From the NCBI GenBank assembly GCA_963840035.1, contig CAWIXE010000001.1, forward strand, positions 160,001 to 224,000: a stretch of 64,000 nucleotides of DNA, in the 5' to 3' direction. Made by a program: the position numbers and the translations under genes. Of this stretch, positions 9,833 to 19,408 are shown one piece after another. Under the pieces are notes generated by a model. The model was not told the origin of the DNA. It did not search any database and saw nothing but the letters and a program-made list of their open reading frames with translations. Position 1 is the stretch's first letter; each line of letters opens with the position of its first letter. This DNA comes from a candidate division FCPU426 bacterium. GTDB lineage: Bacteria > Oederibacteriota > PGYV01 > Palsa-1178.

Positions 9833-10155
9833 TGAAAAAAAATATAATGTTTTTTCTTGGGATACTCCTCATATCAAACAACATTTTTATTTTTGCCTGC
9901 GGCATTTACCAGAAAATAAAAGCTGAACAGTACACCGCGGCGATATCCCGCGAATTTCTCCTTGATTCCGCGTACGTGCTTGCCACGCACTCCCTTGAGG
10001 ACGGCGCCTTAACGCCTGCCGTGGAAAAACAGGTAAACCTCTGGGAAGGCGTGGCCGGATACAGTTATGAAGAGTCCGCGGACGGGAAGAAAATGATAAA
10101 AGTGAGGATTTTGCTGCACGGGGAAGAATTTAAAAGGGTTTATTGCCTTAAATGA
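9832..10155 (+). CDS. Small membrane-anchored hypothetical protein
   Basis: TGATG overlap. Basic leader followed by a hydrophobic helix. Confidence 0.6.
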   Translation: MKKNIMFFLGILLISNNIFIFACGIYQKIKAEQYTAAISREFLLDSAYVLATHSLEDGALTPAVEKQVNLWEGVAGYSYEESADGKKMIKVRILLHGEEFKRVYCLK

Positions 10156-10184
10156 CAATTTCTTATTTCTAATTTATAATTGAA

Positions 10185-10399
10185 ATACTGTCGAAAAAGT
10201 CCTTGATTAGATTGTCATTGCGAGGAGCCGTTTTTGGTCCATGGCGACGAAGCAATCTCAGTTTCATTGATAAACCTTTAAGTACTCGCGGTTCCACAAA
10301 AGTACAGAGATTGCTTCGTCGCTGAGAAACTCGCTCCTCGCAAAGACATCGCACGACTGAGTCGAAAACCTATAAAAAATCTGGATTTTTCGACAGTAT
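10185..10399. mobile_element. MITE-like element containing a gtcattgcgagg...gcaatc palindromic core
   Basis: Terminal IRs atactgtcgaaaaagtcc / ggatttttcgacagtat. Internal inverted pair gcgacgaagcaatctc / gagattgcttcgtcgc. Confidence 0.6.
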
Positions 10400-10571
10400 C
10401 ATTAAAACCAAACAAAAGGCCGACCTTTGGGCGATTCGTGAATCGCCCCTACAAATCCAAAAAATCCCACTTTACGCAACCTGAAGGTTGCGGCTGCCAG
10501 ATCTTTTGCCCTTTATAATTAAAAGCGCACCACGCACATTAAATCTAAAATCAAAAATTTAAAATCTAAAA

Positions 10572-12305
10572 TTATCTCTTCACCTTACTCCACTCCACAA
10601 CTTTTTTAAGGCTCCACGCGTTAACGACATCTTCCTTCGTCGCCCATCCCCTTCTTGCCGTTCCCACTCCGTACACGATAAACCCGAACTGGTCCGTGGA
10701 GTGGGCGTCGGTGTTTATGGCAAGTTTTATTCCCTGGGACACGGCTTCTTTAACGTAAATGTCCCTTAAGTCAAGCCTGTCGGGCTGGGAGTTTATTTCC
10801 ATGGCGGTGCCGGTTTTCGCGGCTTTTTTCAGGAGGAGTCCGTAGTCCAGCTCGTAGCCGTCCCGCTGGTTGATGAGCCTGCCGCTGACATGGCCTATGA
10901 TATTTACGTATTTATTTTCCATGGCTTTCATTATCCTGGCTGTCATGGCGGACCTGTCCATCTTAAAGTGGCTGTGAACCGAAGCCACGACCACGTCCAG
11001 CTCCTTCAATACGTCATCAGGATAATCAAGGTCCCCGTCCGGCAGGATATCCACTTCACCGCCCATTAAAACGGTAAACCCCCCTTTTTCCCTTTTATTG
11101 GCGGTTTTTACTTCCTTTATGAGCTTTAAGACGCTTTCAGGCTTTAATCCTCTGGCAATGCTCAGCGACTGGGAGTGGTTTGTAAGTGCCATATATTCGT
11201 AGCCGAAATCTTTTGCCGCCTTTGTCATCTCTTCCAGGGTATTGATGCCGTCGGTATGGTTTGTGTGGACATGGAAGTCCCCGCGTATGTCTTTTATAGC
11301 GACCAGTTCGGGTATCGCCTTTGCCTTTGCCTCCTTTATCTCGTCCCCTCCGACACGCAGCTCGGGCGGTATGTACTGCAGCCCCAGTTTTTTATAAATA
11401 TCCTCTTCCGTAAGGTTTGCTGTTAATTTATTGCCTTTTATCGTGTAGAGGCCGTACTCGTTAAGCTTGTAACCTTTTTTTACCGCTATCTCCCTTATCA
11501 TCACATTGTGCTCCTTGTTTCCTGTAAAATACTGCAGCGCAGCGCCGTAGCTCTCCTGTTTAATGACACGCAGGTCAGCCTGGACGTCGTATTTGGTGAA
11601 TATGCTTGATTTTGTTTCCCCTTTGGCAAGTACGTCCTTTACCACGTCCATGGAACAAAAAACTTCCATGGCCTTTTGCGGGTCTGTCGATACCGCCAGG
11701 ATGTCTATGTCTCCCACCGTTTCCTGCATCCTGCGCAGGCTCCCGGCTACCACGACTTTTTTTATGGAAGGCAGTTCTTTCAGGCTTGCGGTTATTTTCA
11801 TGGCAGCCTGATAGGCTTCGGAGAGCATCCTGCGCTCGGCGCCCCTCTTGTACATGTCCAGACCTTTTAAGAGCTTAATTTCCGTCTTTTCCCCGAACCC
11901 CTTTACGCCCCTTAATTTTCCTTCGCGCAAAAAATTCTCAAGTTCTATAACGGTCTTTATGTTGAACTTATCCGCCAGGGTCATGGCCGTCTTTGGCCCC
12001 ATGCCGGGGATCTTAAGGAAGTTCGCAACCCCTTCCGGCAGGCCCGCTTTGAGTTCGTCGAGGTAGGCGAGTTTCCCCGTGTCACACAGCTCGGCGACTT
12101 TTTTTGCGATGCCCTCGCCGATATGCGGAAGCTCTATAAGGGCTTTTTTGCCGCCGTTTGAGTAAATGTCCGAAAGTTCTTTCGGGTAACCTGACAGGAA
12201 CTGGGCGAGCTCGCGGTACGCGCGCACCTTGAAATGGTCTTCATTTTTGAGTTCGAGCAGTTCGGCGAGTTCGTTGAATATGTCGATGAGTTGTTTGTTG
12301 GTCAT
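10572..12305 (-). CDS. polX: DNA polymerase X family with C-terminal PHP domain
   Basis: HhH motifs (LPHIGEG, IPGMGPK), GSLRR..VGDIDIL, QADLR, YFTG, PHP motifs DFHVHT and NTDAH. Start placed at MTNKQ because the upstream extension is a heptamer repeat. Confidence 0.95.
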   Translation of the reverse strand: MTNKQLIDIFNELAELLELKNEDHFKVRAYRELAQFLSGYPKELSDIYSNGGKKALIELPHIGEGIAKKVAELCDTGKLAYLDELKAGLPEGVANFLKIPGMGPKTAMTLADKFNIKTVIELENFLREGKLRGVKGFGEKTEIKLLKGLDMYKRGAERRMLSEAYQAAMKITASLKELPSIKKVVVAGSLRRMQETVGDIDILAVSTDPQKAMEVFCSMDVVKDVLAKGETKSSIFTKYDVQADLRVIKQESYGAALQYFTGNKEHNVMIREIAVKKGYKLNEYGLYTIKGNKLTANLTEEDIYKKLGLQYIPPELRVGGDEIKEAKAKAIPELVAIKDIRGDFHVHTNHTDGINTLEEMTKAAKDFGYEYMALTNHSQSLSIARGLKPESVLKLIKEVKTANKREKGGFTVLMGGEVDILPDGDLDYPDDVLKELDVVVASVHSHFKMDRSAMTARIMKAMENKYVNIIGHVSGRLINQRDGYELDYGLLLKKAAKTGTAMEINSQPDRLDLRDIYVKEAVSQGIKLAINTDAHSTDQFGFIVYGVGTARRGWATKEDVVNAWSLKKVVEWSKVKR

Positions 12306-12401
12306 GGGTGGAGCTCCTGAAACGTGGTGTGTGGTATGTGGCGCGTGGTATGTGAAACAGCAGGCATTCCCGTACCACATACCACTTGCCACGTCCCACA
12401 T

Positions 12402-13502
12402 TTATTTATAAATAAACAAATTATCCCGGTTTATGACTTCCTCATAAAAGCTGTCCCCGAGCTCTTTTTTCAGCTCTGTGTTGCGCTTGCCTTTTATGCT
12501 CTCAAGGTCCTTTGATGAATAATTTGTGATGCCCTTGCCCAGCTTTACGCCCTTCGCGTCAACGATTTCCACCGCGTCGCCGAAAACAAAATCCCCGTGC
12601 GCGCCTGTGACGCCCACTGCCAGCAGGCTTTTGCCGGAATTAAGCAGCGCGGCTTTAGCTCCGTCGTCCACTTTTATCTTTCCCTTTTCCTTCATGGACA
12701 TGAGTATATAGCGCTTCCTGGAATCCACCTTTACGTTCTTTTCCCGCACCAGCGTGCCTTCTTTTTTCCCGGCCACTATGTTCTCTATGACGCCTTCTTT
12801 ATGGCCGTTGGCGATGACAAGGGGTATTCCGAGCAGGTTGAGTTTCCTGGCCACTTCAAGCTTTGTGACCATGCCGCCTGTGCCCATGGAGGTTTTACCC
12901 TCTGTATCTATGGACTTTATCGCTTCATGTATGTCGGATATATCGCTTATTATCTTAGCGTCCTTATGCATATCGGGATTCTTGTCATATATGCCGTCAA
13001 CCGACGTGAGAATTATTACCACATCCGCGGATACCAGGCTTCCCACTATGCCCGCCAAGGTGTCATTATCCCCGAACTTTATCTCGTCGGTTGCCACCGT
13101 ATCATTCTCGTTAATAACGGGTATGACCTTCCACTCCAGAAGTTTGTTTAATGTGTTCCTGGCGTTTACGTTGCGGGATTTGTTCTTTATGTCGTCATGG
13201 CCAAGCAGCACCTGCGCCACTGCTATGGAATTCCCGGAAAAGGCTGTTTCATAAGCCTGCATTAAAACATTCTGTCCGACCGCGGCTGTAGCCTGTTTTT
13301 CCGATAAAGCAGTGGGTTTGGAGCCCATCCCGAGTTTTTTAACGCCAAGCGATATGGCCCCGGAGGATACCAGGACTATTTCCTTTGATTTTGAATGAAG
13401 GGCAGAAAGCTGGCTTACCAGGGATTTTAAAAAAGCCTTCTTTATCCCCTTGTCGTCAGTGAGCAGATTTGAGCCGACTTTAATTACGATGCGTTTGTAC
13501 AT
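12402..13502 (-). CDS. proB: Glutamate 5-kinase with PUA domain
   Basis: VIKVGS, VSSGA, PVINENDTV, FGDNDTL, GTGGMVTKL and C-terminal PUA domain. Confidence 0.96.
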   Translation of the reverse strand: MYKRIVIKVGSNLLTDDKGIKKAFLKSLVSQLSALHSKSKEIVLVSSGAISLGVKKLGMGSKPTALSEKQATAAVGQNVLMQAYETAFSGNSIAVAQVLLGHDDIKNKSRNVNARNTLNKLLEWKVIPVINENDTVATDEIKFGDNDTLAGIVGSLVSADVVIILTSVDGIYDKNPDMHKDAKIISDISDIHEAIKSIDTEGKTSMGTGGMVTKLEVARKLNLLGIPLVIANGHKEGVIENIVAGKKEGTLVREKNVKVDSRKRYILMSMKEKGKIKVDDGAKAALLNSGKSLLAVGVTGAHGDFVFGDAVEIVDAKGVKLGKGITNYSSKDLESIKGKRNTELKKELGDSFYEEVINRDNLFIYK

Positions 13503-13590
13503 AAATACCCCGTTAGGTCATAGCCCAAAGCTCATAGCCCAAGTTTTCCCATTTTCCCTGGGCTCTGGGCTTTGGGCTCTGGAACTGTAT

Positions 13591-14850
13591 TTAATCCTCT
13601 TCCTCGTAAGTAAATTCCACGTCCCCGATTATTATCTGGTCCCCGGTCTTTACGCCTTTTTGCTTGAACAGGTCGCTTAAGCCCTCGCGCTTTAAGTACT
13701 TCCTGAAAAACTCCAGCGTCTCAAAATTATCCTCGAAGTCAAGCATGGCCACGTACTTCTCCACTTTCTTTGACTTAAGCTCAAATATGCCGTCCTCAAT
13801 CTCCTCAAAGCTGAAGCCGTCATTTTCGGCGAACATCTCGGAGGGCGCCTCAGGCTCTACCGGCGGGAGGTCCTTGTAAATATTATATACTTTGTTTAGC
13901 ATTTTATCCAGCCCGATGGATTCCCTGGCCGAAATAAAGTCCATGTCTATCTTTTTCTTCTTGAACTTCGCCTTTGCCGCTTTCTTTTCCGCCTCGGTTA
14001 AAAGCTCGGACTTGTTTATGACCACGACCTGCGGCCTTTTTACCAGTTTTTTATTGTAGGCCTTGAGTTCCTTGTTTATCATGACGTAATTATCGTACGG
14101 GTCGCCCTGCGTGGCGTCCACCACGTGTATGTAAAGCCTGGTCCTCTCTATGTGCCTTAAAAAATCAAAACCCAGCCCGCGGCCCGTATGCGCGCCCTCT
14201 ATGAGCCCTGGAATGTCAGCCACGACCATGTGCACGGTGTCGCTGTATTTTACTATGCCCAATACCGGCGTCAGCGTGGTAAAGGGGTAGTCCGCAATCT
14301 TCGGGTGCGCGTTTGATATCTTCGACAATAGTGTGGACTTTCCGGCGTTTGCCACTCCTATGATGCCGATGTCCGCGAGTATCTTAAGCTCAAGGGTTAT
14401 GTCTTTTTCCTCGGCCGGTTCGCCTTTTTCATAGAACCTCGGCGCCTGCCTTGTGGATGTGCGGAAATGCCAGTTGCCCCTGCCGCCGCGGCCGCCTTTG
14501 GCTATTAAAAATTCCTCGCCGTCAGTTATCAGGTCCTTTATGACGGCGCCTGTTTCCTGGTCCTTGATGATGGTGCCCAGAGGTACCTGTATGCGTACAT
14601 CCTCGGCGTTCTTGCCGTGCATCTTGGATCCGAATCCCTTGCCGCCTTCCTTGCCGCGGAAAGCCTTGTTATTATGAAAGTCAACAAGCGTGGTTAAATG
14701 CCTGTTAGCCACCACATATATGTGCGCGCCCCTGCCGCCGTCTCCGCCGTCCGGGCCGCCTTTGGGAACGAACTTTTCATGCCTGAACGTATTGGCGCCG
14801 TTGCCGCCCTTGCCTGATATTACCTTTATCTTTACGAGGTCTACGAACAC
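13591..14850 (-). CDS. obgE: GTPase ObgE/CgtA with C-terminal domain
   Basis: GGPDGGDGGRG, GVANAGKST, IADYPFTTLTP, DIPGLIEGA, NKSE. Confidence 0.97.
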   Translation of the reverse strand: MFVDLVKIKVISGKGGNGANTFRHEKFVPKGGPDGGDGGRGAHIYVVANRHLTTLVDFHNNKAFRGKEGGKGFGSKMHGKNAEDVRIQVPLGTIIKDQETGAVIKDLITDGEEFLIAKGGRGGRGNWHFRTSTRQAPRFYEKGEPAEEKDITLELKILADIGIIGVANAGKSTLLSKISNAHPKIADYPFTTLTPVLGIVKYSDTVHMVVADIPGLIEGAHTGRGLGFDFLRHIERTRLYIHVVDATQGDPYDNYVMINKELKAYNKKLVKRPQVVVINKSELLTEAEKKAAKAKFKKKKIDMDFISARESIGLDKMLNKVYNIYKDLPPVEPEAPSEMFAENDGFSFEEIEDGIFELKSKKVEKYVAMLDFEDNFETLEFFRKYLKREGLSDLFKQKGVKTGDQIIIGDVEFTYEEED

Positions 14851-14939
14851 TGTGTTTTCTCCGATTGTCGGGGTTCAATTTAATGCCCCAATTTTAGTTC
14901 AATCATTATACCACATAAAACCGCCGTGGTATGGCCTTT

Positions 14940-15856
14940 GTAGAGAGGGGGCTTGCCCCCCATTAAGACGCAGAACCTTCCCGGAGAGGCAGCAAGCCGC
15001 CTCTCTACATGGATGTAAATATTTGCAGCCAATGCACCCATAACGTCTTCGTAGAGAGTGGGCTTGCCCCCTCTTAAGACGCAGAACCTTCCCGGAGAGG
15101 CAGCAAACCGCCTCTCTACATGGATGTAAATATTTGCAGCCAATGCACCCATAACGTCTTCGTAGAGAGGGGGCTTGCCCCCCATTAAGACGCAGAACCT
15201 TCCCGGAGAGGCAGCAAGCCGCCTCTCTACATGGATGTAAATATTTGCAGCCAATGCACCCATAACGTCTTCGTAGAGAGGGGGCTTGCCCCCTCTTAAG
15301 ACGCAGAGCCTTCCCGGAGAGGCAGCAAACCGCCTCTCTACATGGATGTAAATATTTGCAGCCAATGCACCCATAACGTCTTCGTAGAGAGGGGGCTTGC
15401 CCCCTATTAAGACGCAGAGCCTTCCCGGAGAGGCAGCAAGCCGCCTCTCTACATGGATGTAAATATTTGCAGCCAATGCACCCATAACGTCTTCGTAGAG
15501 AGTGGGCTTGCCCCCTCTTAAGACGCAGAACCTTCCCGGAGAGGCAGCAAACCGCCTCTCTACATGGATGTAAATATTTGCAGCCAATGCACCCATAACG
15601 TCTTCGTAGAGAGTGGGCTTGCCCCCTCTTAAGACGCAGAACCTTCCCGGAGAGGCAGCAAACCGCCTCTCTACATGGATGTAAATATTTGCAGCCAATG
15701 CACCCATAACGTCTTCGTAGAGAGGGGGCTTGCCCCCCATTAAGACGCAGAACCTTCCCGGAGAGGCAGCAAGCCGCCTCTCTACATGGATGTAAATATT
15801 TGCAGCCAATGCACCCATAACGTCTTCGTAGAGAGGGGGCTTGCCCCCTCTTAAAC
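14940..15856. repeat. Tandem array of 111-bp units (8 full plus 1 partial), each with two inverted GTAG-type REP-like palindromes
   Basis: Unit starts at 14940, 15051, 15162, 15273, 15384, 15495, 15606, 15717, 15828. Only a few variable positions. Confidence 0.95.
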
Positions 15857-15899
15857 GCAGGGCCTGCCTTGAGGCGCAGCCATTTACAAAATCCCAAAA

Positions 15900-15933
15900 A
15901 ACAAAAGGGCGGGCTTTCGCCCGCCCTTTGTTT
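15900..15933. terminator. Intrinsic terminator
   Basis: aacaaaagggcgggc-tttc-gcccgccctttgtt, downstream of the 15944 stop codon. Confidence 0.75.
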
Positions 15934-15943
15934 AAGTTACCCT

Positions 15944-16573
15944 TTAGAACCTTATGCCGATGGCAGCCAGCAGATAATCAAACGCCTTCTGGCAGACCCA
16001 TATGCTGATTTTTTTTTCTTTTCCTTCGCATGAAAGCTTTAAGTCTGCCGTGCCGCGCTCCAGGCCCGTGAACACAAATGAGACATTGCCTGAGCCATCT
16101 GTCGTGGCCGAATTTTTATCAAGGCTTCCCCTGTCGCCTTTTGGCGTGGAAATATTCGTGATCTCTATGGCCACATTTTTACCGGCCATGCCCGCGCCCG
16201 CCGTATCAAGCACGGCCGCGCCTATTTTCGAAGTGTGTTTCCTTTTTATTAGCCTGTCGCATGAGGCGCTTATTTTATCCATGGTAATAAGCGGCAGCGT
16301 TATCACGTCGGGTATAACCGTTCCCGCGTCGATGGAATAATCCGTGCCTGAATCGTCCTGCGACCTCGGTGTTATTTTGTATGTGGCCCCGGGTTCAAGC
16401 CCTGTTAAGCTGTAAGCGTGGTCCGTCAGGTTCTCGTTCTTAAAAGGCATGTCCGCCATTGATGACGCGTCCCTGCCGCATGAAATTCCCGTGTTTCCCC
16501 TCTGCGTTGTCTTCCAAGTCACTGTGGCTGAATCCGTGGTCTGGTCCTTTACTGCGATTGTGTTGATCCCCAT
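15944..16573 (-). CDS. FN3-like plus Ig-like (Big/invasin-type) domain protein
   Basis: SATVTWKT...HAYSLTGLEPGATY (FN3) and ATTDGSGNVSFVFT (Big_1-like). SD ggagg precedes ATG 16573. Confidence 0.7.
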   Translation of the reverse strand: MGINTIAVKDQTTDSATVTWKTTQRGNTGISCGRDASSMADMPFKNENLTDHAYSLTGLEPGATYKITPRSQDDSGTDYSIDAGTVIPDVITLPLITMDKISASCDRLIKRKHTSKIGAAVLDTAGAGMAGKNVAIEITNISTPKGDRGSLDKNSATTDGSGNVSFVFTGLERGTADLKLSCEGKEKKISIWVCQKAFDYLLAAIGIRF

Positions 16574-16734
16574 GTTTCGCCTCCCTGTTTTTTTCCGGCT
16601 TCCCAAAAGCCTCCGTATATACATTGTATATCATATCCGCGCTGTGTCAAGCCTGCGGCCACAAATGGAAAAAGGCGGGCCAATGGCCCGCCTTCCTTAA
16701 TAGTTAATTATTAATTGTCAATTGTTAATTGATT

Positions 16735-16989
16735 TTAGTTGACCGGTACTATGTTTACGATCTTGCCTTTGCCCGTGTCCTGGAATTTAACGATCCCGTT
16801 GACTTTGGCAAAAAGGGTGTGGTCCTTGCCCATACCGACGTTTAACCCGGCTTTAATCTTTGTGCCGCGCTGCCTTACTATGATAGATCCTCCTGTTACG
16901 AGGTTCTCTCCGTATGCTTTAACGCCAAGCCTTTGGCCGTTTGAATCTCTTCCGTTCTTAGAACTGCCTTGCGCCTTTGTGTGTGCCAT
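16735..16989 (-). CDS. rpmA: 50S ribosomal protein L27 (short form; no prp gene between rplU and rpmA)
   Basis: [32 protein letters not shown]. Confidence 0.98.
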   Translation of the reverse strand: MAHTKAQGSSKNGRDSNGQRLGVKAYGENLVTGGSIIVRQRGTKIKAGLNVGMGKDHTLFAKVNGIVKFQDTGKGKIVNIVPVN

Positions 16990-17051
16990 TTGAGCTCCAC
17001 CATCCTAACCAAAAATTTTGAATTCTGAATTTTCAATTTTCAATTGAAAAC

Positions 17052-17363
17052 TTAAAGCTGAATCTTTTTAACCATAAGAACCGTTGTTTTCTGCCTGTAG
17101 CCCTTGCGCCTTTTGAAATTCTTCCTTCTTTTCCACTTAAAGATCACGATCTTCTCGCCCTTGACTTCTTTTTCCAGGACGTCGCAGATGATCTTTACGT
17201 TATCAAGGTTCGGTTTGCCGACCTTAATCTCATTTTCAGTGGCGATGAGAAGGACTTTATCAAAGATAACTTCATTTCCTTCGACGTTTAACCTCTCTAC
17301 CGAAACCCTCTGGCCTTCCGCCATCTTGTACTGCTTTCCGCCAATCTCAACTACTGCGTACAT
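17052..17363 (-). CDS. rplU: 50S ribosomal protein L21
   Basis: MYAVVEIGGKQYK, KRRKNFKRRKGYRQ. Confidence 0.98.
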   Translation of the reverse strand: MYAVVEIGGKQYKMAEGQRVSVERLNVEGNEVIFDKVLLIATENEIKVGKPNLDNVKIICDVLEKEVKGEKIVIFKWKRRKNFKRRKGYRQKTTVLMVKKIQL

Positions 17364-17526
17364 TGTAAAGCCTCCTTATATGTGTAACTGCCTTCATATT
17401 CCCTTTTTCTCATTTAAATCTTCGAGCAGCCGAGCAGCCGAACATTCGACCGCAGCCGCAGGTTTTACGGCTGATCGGATATTCGGCTTTTCGGCTGCTC
17501 CAAAATTTTCGCTTTGCGAAAATTTT

Positions 17527-17602
17527 TGGTGAGCCGGGTGAGACTCGAACTCACGACAGTCGCCTTAAAAGGGCGATGCTCTACCAACTGAGCTACCGGC
17601 CC
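17527..17602 (-). tRNA. tRNA-Lys(UUU)
   Basis: Minus strand reads gggccggtagctcagttggtagagca tcgcc-cttttaa-ggcga ctgtcgtgagttcgagtctcacccggctcacca. 76 nt with encoded CCA. Confidence 0.96.
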
Positions 17603-18065
17603 ATCGTGTAATGCCTTCTATTCCAGCTTCGCTGGAATCTATTCTAACTTCTGGTTACAAGCAAAGCCCGGTAGCGAAGCTCGCTGAGCTGAGGCGCCGT
17701 GTTCGCCGCAAGGCGAACACATATAAATAGCAGCTACCTCTCGCCTTGCCGCCTACTGGCGGCACCGGCCCAACACAACAACGCTCTGCTTTGTCTTGTT
17801 TTAAAGAACAGACAAAAATAGCAAAAATCATTATGATTTTTGCTTGTAAAATCAGGAAAACAAGGCGTTACCTTAACTTTCTTGATTTTTCAAATGCTTT
17901 TATATAGCAAGGGTATATTTTACACGTTTTATGGACTATGTCAATATTATTTTGAGATAATTACACATGTTTATGAAGCTATTATTTGCCTTAAAAATAA
18001 GGTTTTTTAACGTTTTGCCCTGTTTTCCAATTGAAAATTTAAAATTGAAAATCGAAAATTCCGCC

Positions 18066-18470
18066 TTACTTACAGTACTCCACGCTTTTTAAGACCGCGT
18101 TTCCCGCCTCATACTCATTCGCGTCAACCACCTTATCCCTGTTTAAAACCAGGCAGTACTCGCCGTCTATGCCTGAAAAATATGGCGCCACGGTTATTTT
18201 TCCTTTTTCCAGCGACGCGGAAAGCATGCTGCTGGACGCGGTCAGCTTTTCCCATGACTTAAATCCGGATGCTGAAAGGATTTCTTCCGGGGTTATTATT
18301 TGCGGTCCGGGCGACTTGAGCACCTGGAGCATAGCTGCCCCGATGTCTTCGGCTGAGTGTTTTCCGCTTAATACTATGACCGGAGAGGTCCAGGTAATAT
18401 TTCCCTCATGGTCCTCGACATTGCCTGTAAAAATAAATCTGTCATTTGAAATGAATATGCTGCAAGCCAT
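18066..18470 (-). CDS. Possible CdiI/DUF1436-like immunity protein
   Basis: Size and pattern (AEDIGAAMLQVL...GFKSW...EAGNAVLKSVEYC) recall DUF1436-type immunity proteins. Recognised by eye only. Confidence 0.45.
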   Translation of the reverse strand: MACSIFISNDRFIFTGNVEDHEGNITWTSPVIVLSGKHSAEDIGAAMLQVLKSPGPQIITPEEILSASGFKSWEKLTASSSMLSASLEKGKITVAPYFSGIDGEYCLVLNRDKVVDANEYEAGNAVLKSVEYCK

Positions 18471-18540
18471 TGTGACACCCCCTTAAATACAAATACATTA
18501 TATCATAAAAAAAGCGGGGTTTACAGCCTGCGCTGTTATC

Positions 18541-18700
18541 GTTATTGTTACAATAGTGTGTAAACTACATGCCGCACTTTTATTCCCTCTCCCCTTGGCT
18601 CCTTATAGTCCCCCTTGCGGGGAGAGAGGGGTAGGGGTGAGGGGAACAAGACAATTGGCTTCACCTCACCCCAGCCCCTCTCCTAAGAGGAGATTGGAAA
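18541..18700. repeat. Degenerate relative of the 202-bp MITE
   Basis: Begins gttattgttacaatagtgtgtaaac and shares ggggtgaggggaacaagacaattggcttcacctcaccccagcccctctcctaagaggaga. Another fragment lies at about 22370-22435. Confidence 0.7.
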
Positions 18701-18866
18701 ATCACTTATAATATAACAAACATAAATACATCGACTAAATGAATTTTAATATTATTGCTAACAGCCTGCGTTTATCCCCACCTCGGTCCTCCCCTTGGAA
18801 AGGGCTATTTTTAGTACCCCCTTGCGGGGTAGAGGAAGATGGAATGTTCTATTATATTAATACTGC

Positions 18867-19271
18867 TTAGTTCCCCAGCCTTATTACTATGTTCTGGCGC
18901 AAAGACCCGAGGCTGTCGTGGACGCAGATGCCGAAGCCTCCGCAGCCCGCGTGGAAACACGGCGCGCCAATGTTTACCTTTACGTAGTTCCTCTTATGCC
19001 GCGGTTGATGGTGCCTTGCGCGCTGATAATTATAGTCTTCATCATCCATATAAACCGTCCGCTCCCTGTCCTCGGAATACTCGGAGGCGTCGATTTGTTC
19101 CCGCTCTTCGTCTGAAACCCGGTCGTTATCCTCTTCGTCAATATCAGCGTAATCGCGCACGTGTTTGTAGCCGCTGTCATCGCCGGCCAAGCCGAAATAT
19201 AACCCAAACCCGCCTCCAAAACAGAAAACCGCCGTAAACACCATTACAACGGCAAAGATAATTTTTTTCAT
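18867..19271 (-). CDS. Secreted hypothetical protein with acidic low-complexity centre
   Basis: Signal-peptide-like MKKIIFAVVMVFTAVFCFG. Confidence 0.6.
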   Translation of the reverse strand: MKKIIFAVVMVFTAVFCFGGGFGLYFGLAGDDSGYKHVRDYADIDEEDNDRVSDEEREQIDASEYSEDRERTVYMDDEDYNYQRARHHQPRHKRNYVKVNIGAPCFHAGCGGFGICVHDSLGSLRQNIVIRLGN

Positions 19272-19408
19272 AATCCACCCCGCGTTTGTATTTTATTTTT
19301 AGACGCGTAAGGGCTGGATTTTGTTTACCTGGATACTAACTTTGTCTTTACGAAAACGGGCTTTTGAGAATCGAGAATCGAAAATTGATCAGCAAGCTGG
19401 GATAACTA

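Noticed and set aside
12306..12401. N-terminal extension of PolX (likewise 4634-4702 for YidC)
   Set aside because: These extensions translate intergenic heptamer repeats. Homology and, for yidC, the SD sequence point to the downstream ATG.
14880..15897. 312-aa and 332-aa repeat proteins, including a ferredoxin-like CIGC motif
   Set aside because: Both frames are by-products of a 111-bp palindromic DNA repeat. Variation is not codon-patterned and the full CxxCxxCxxxC motif is absent.
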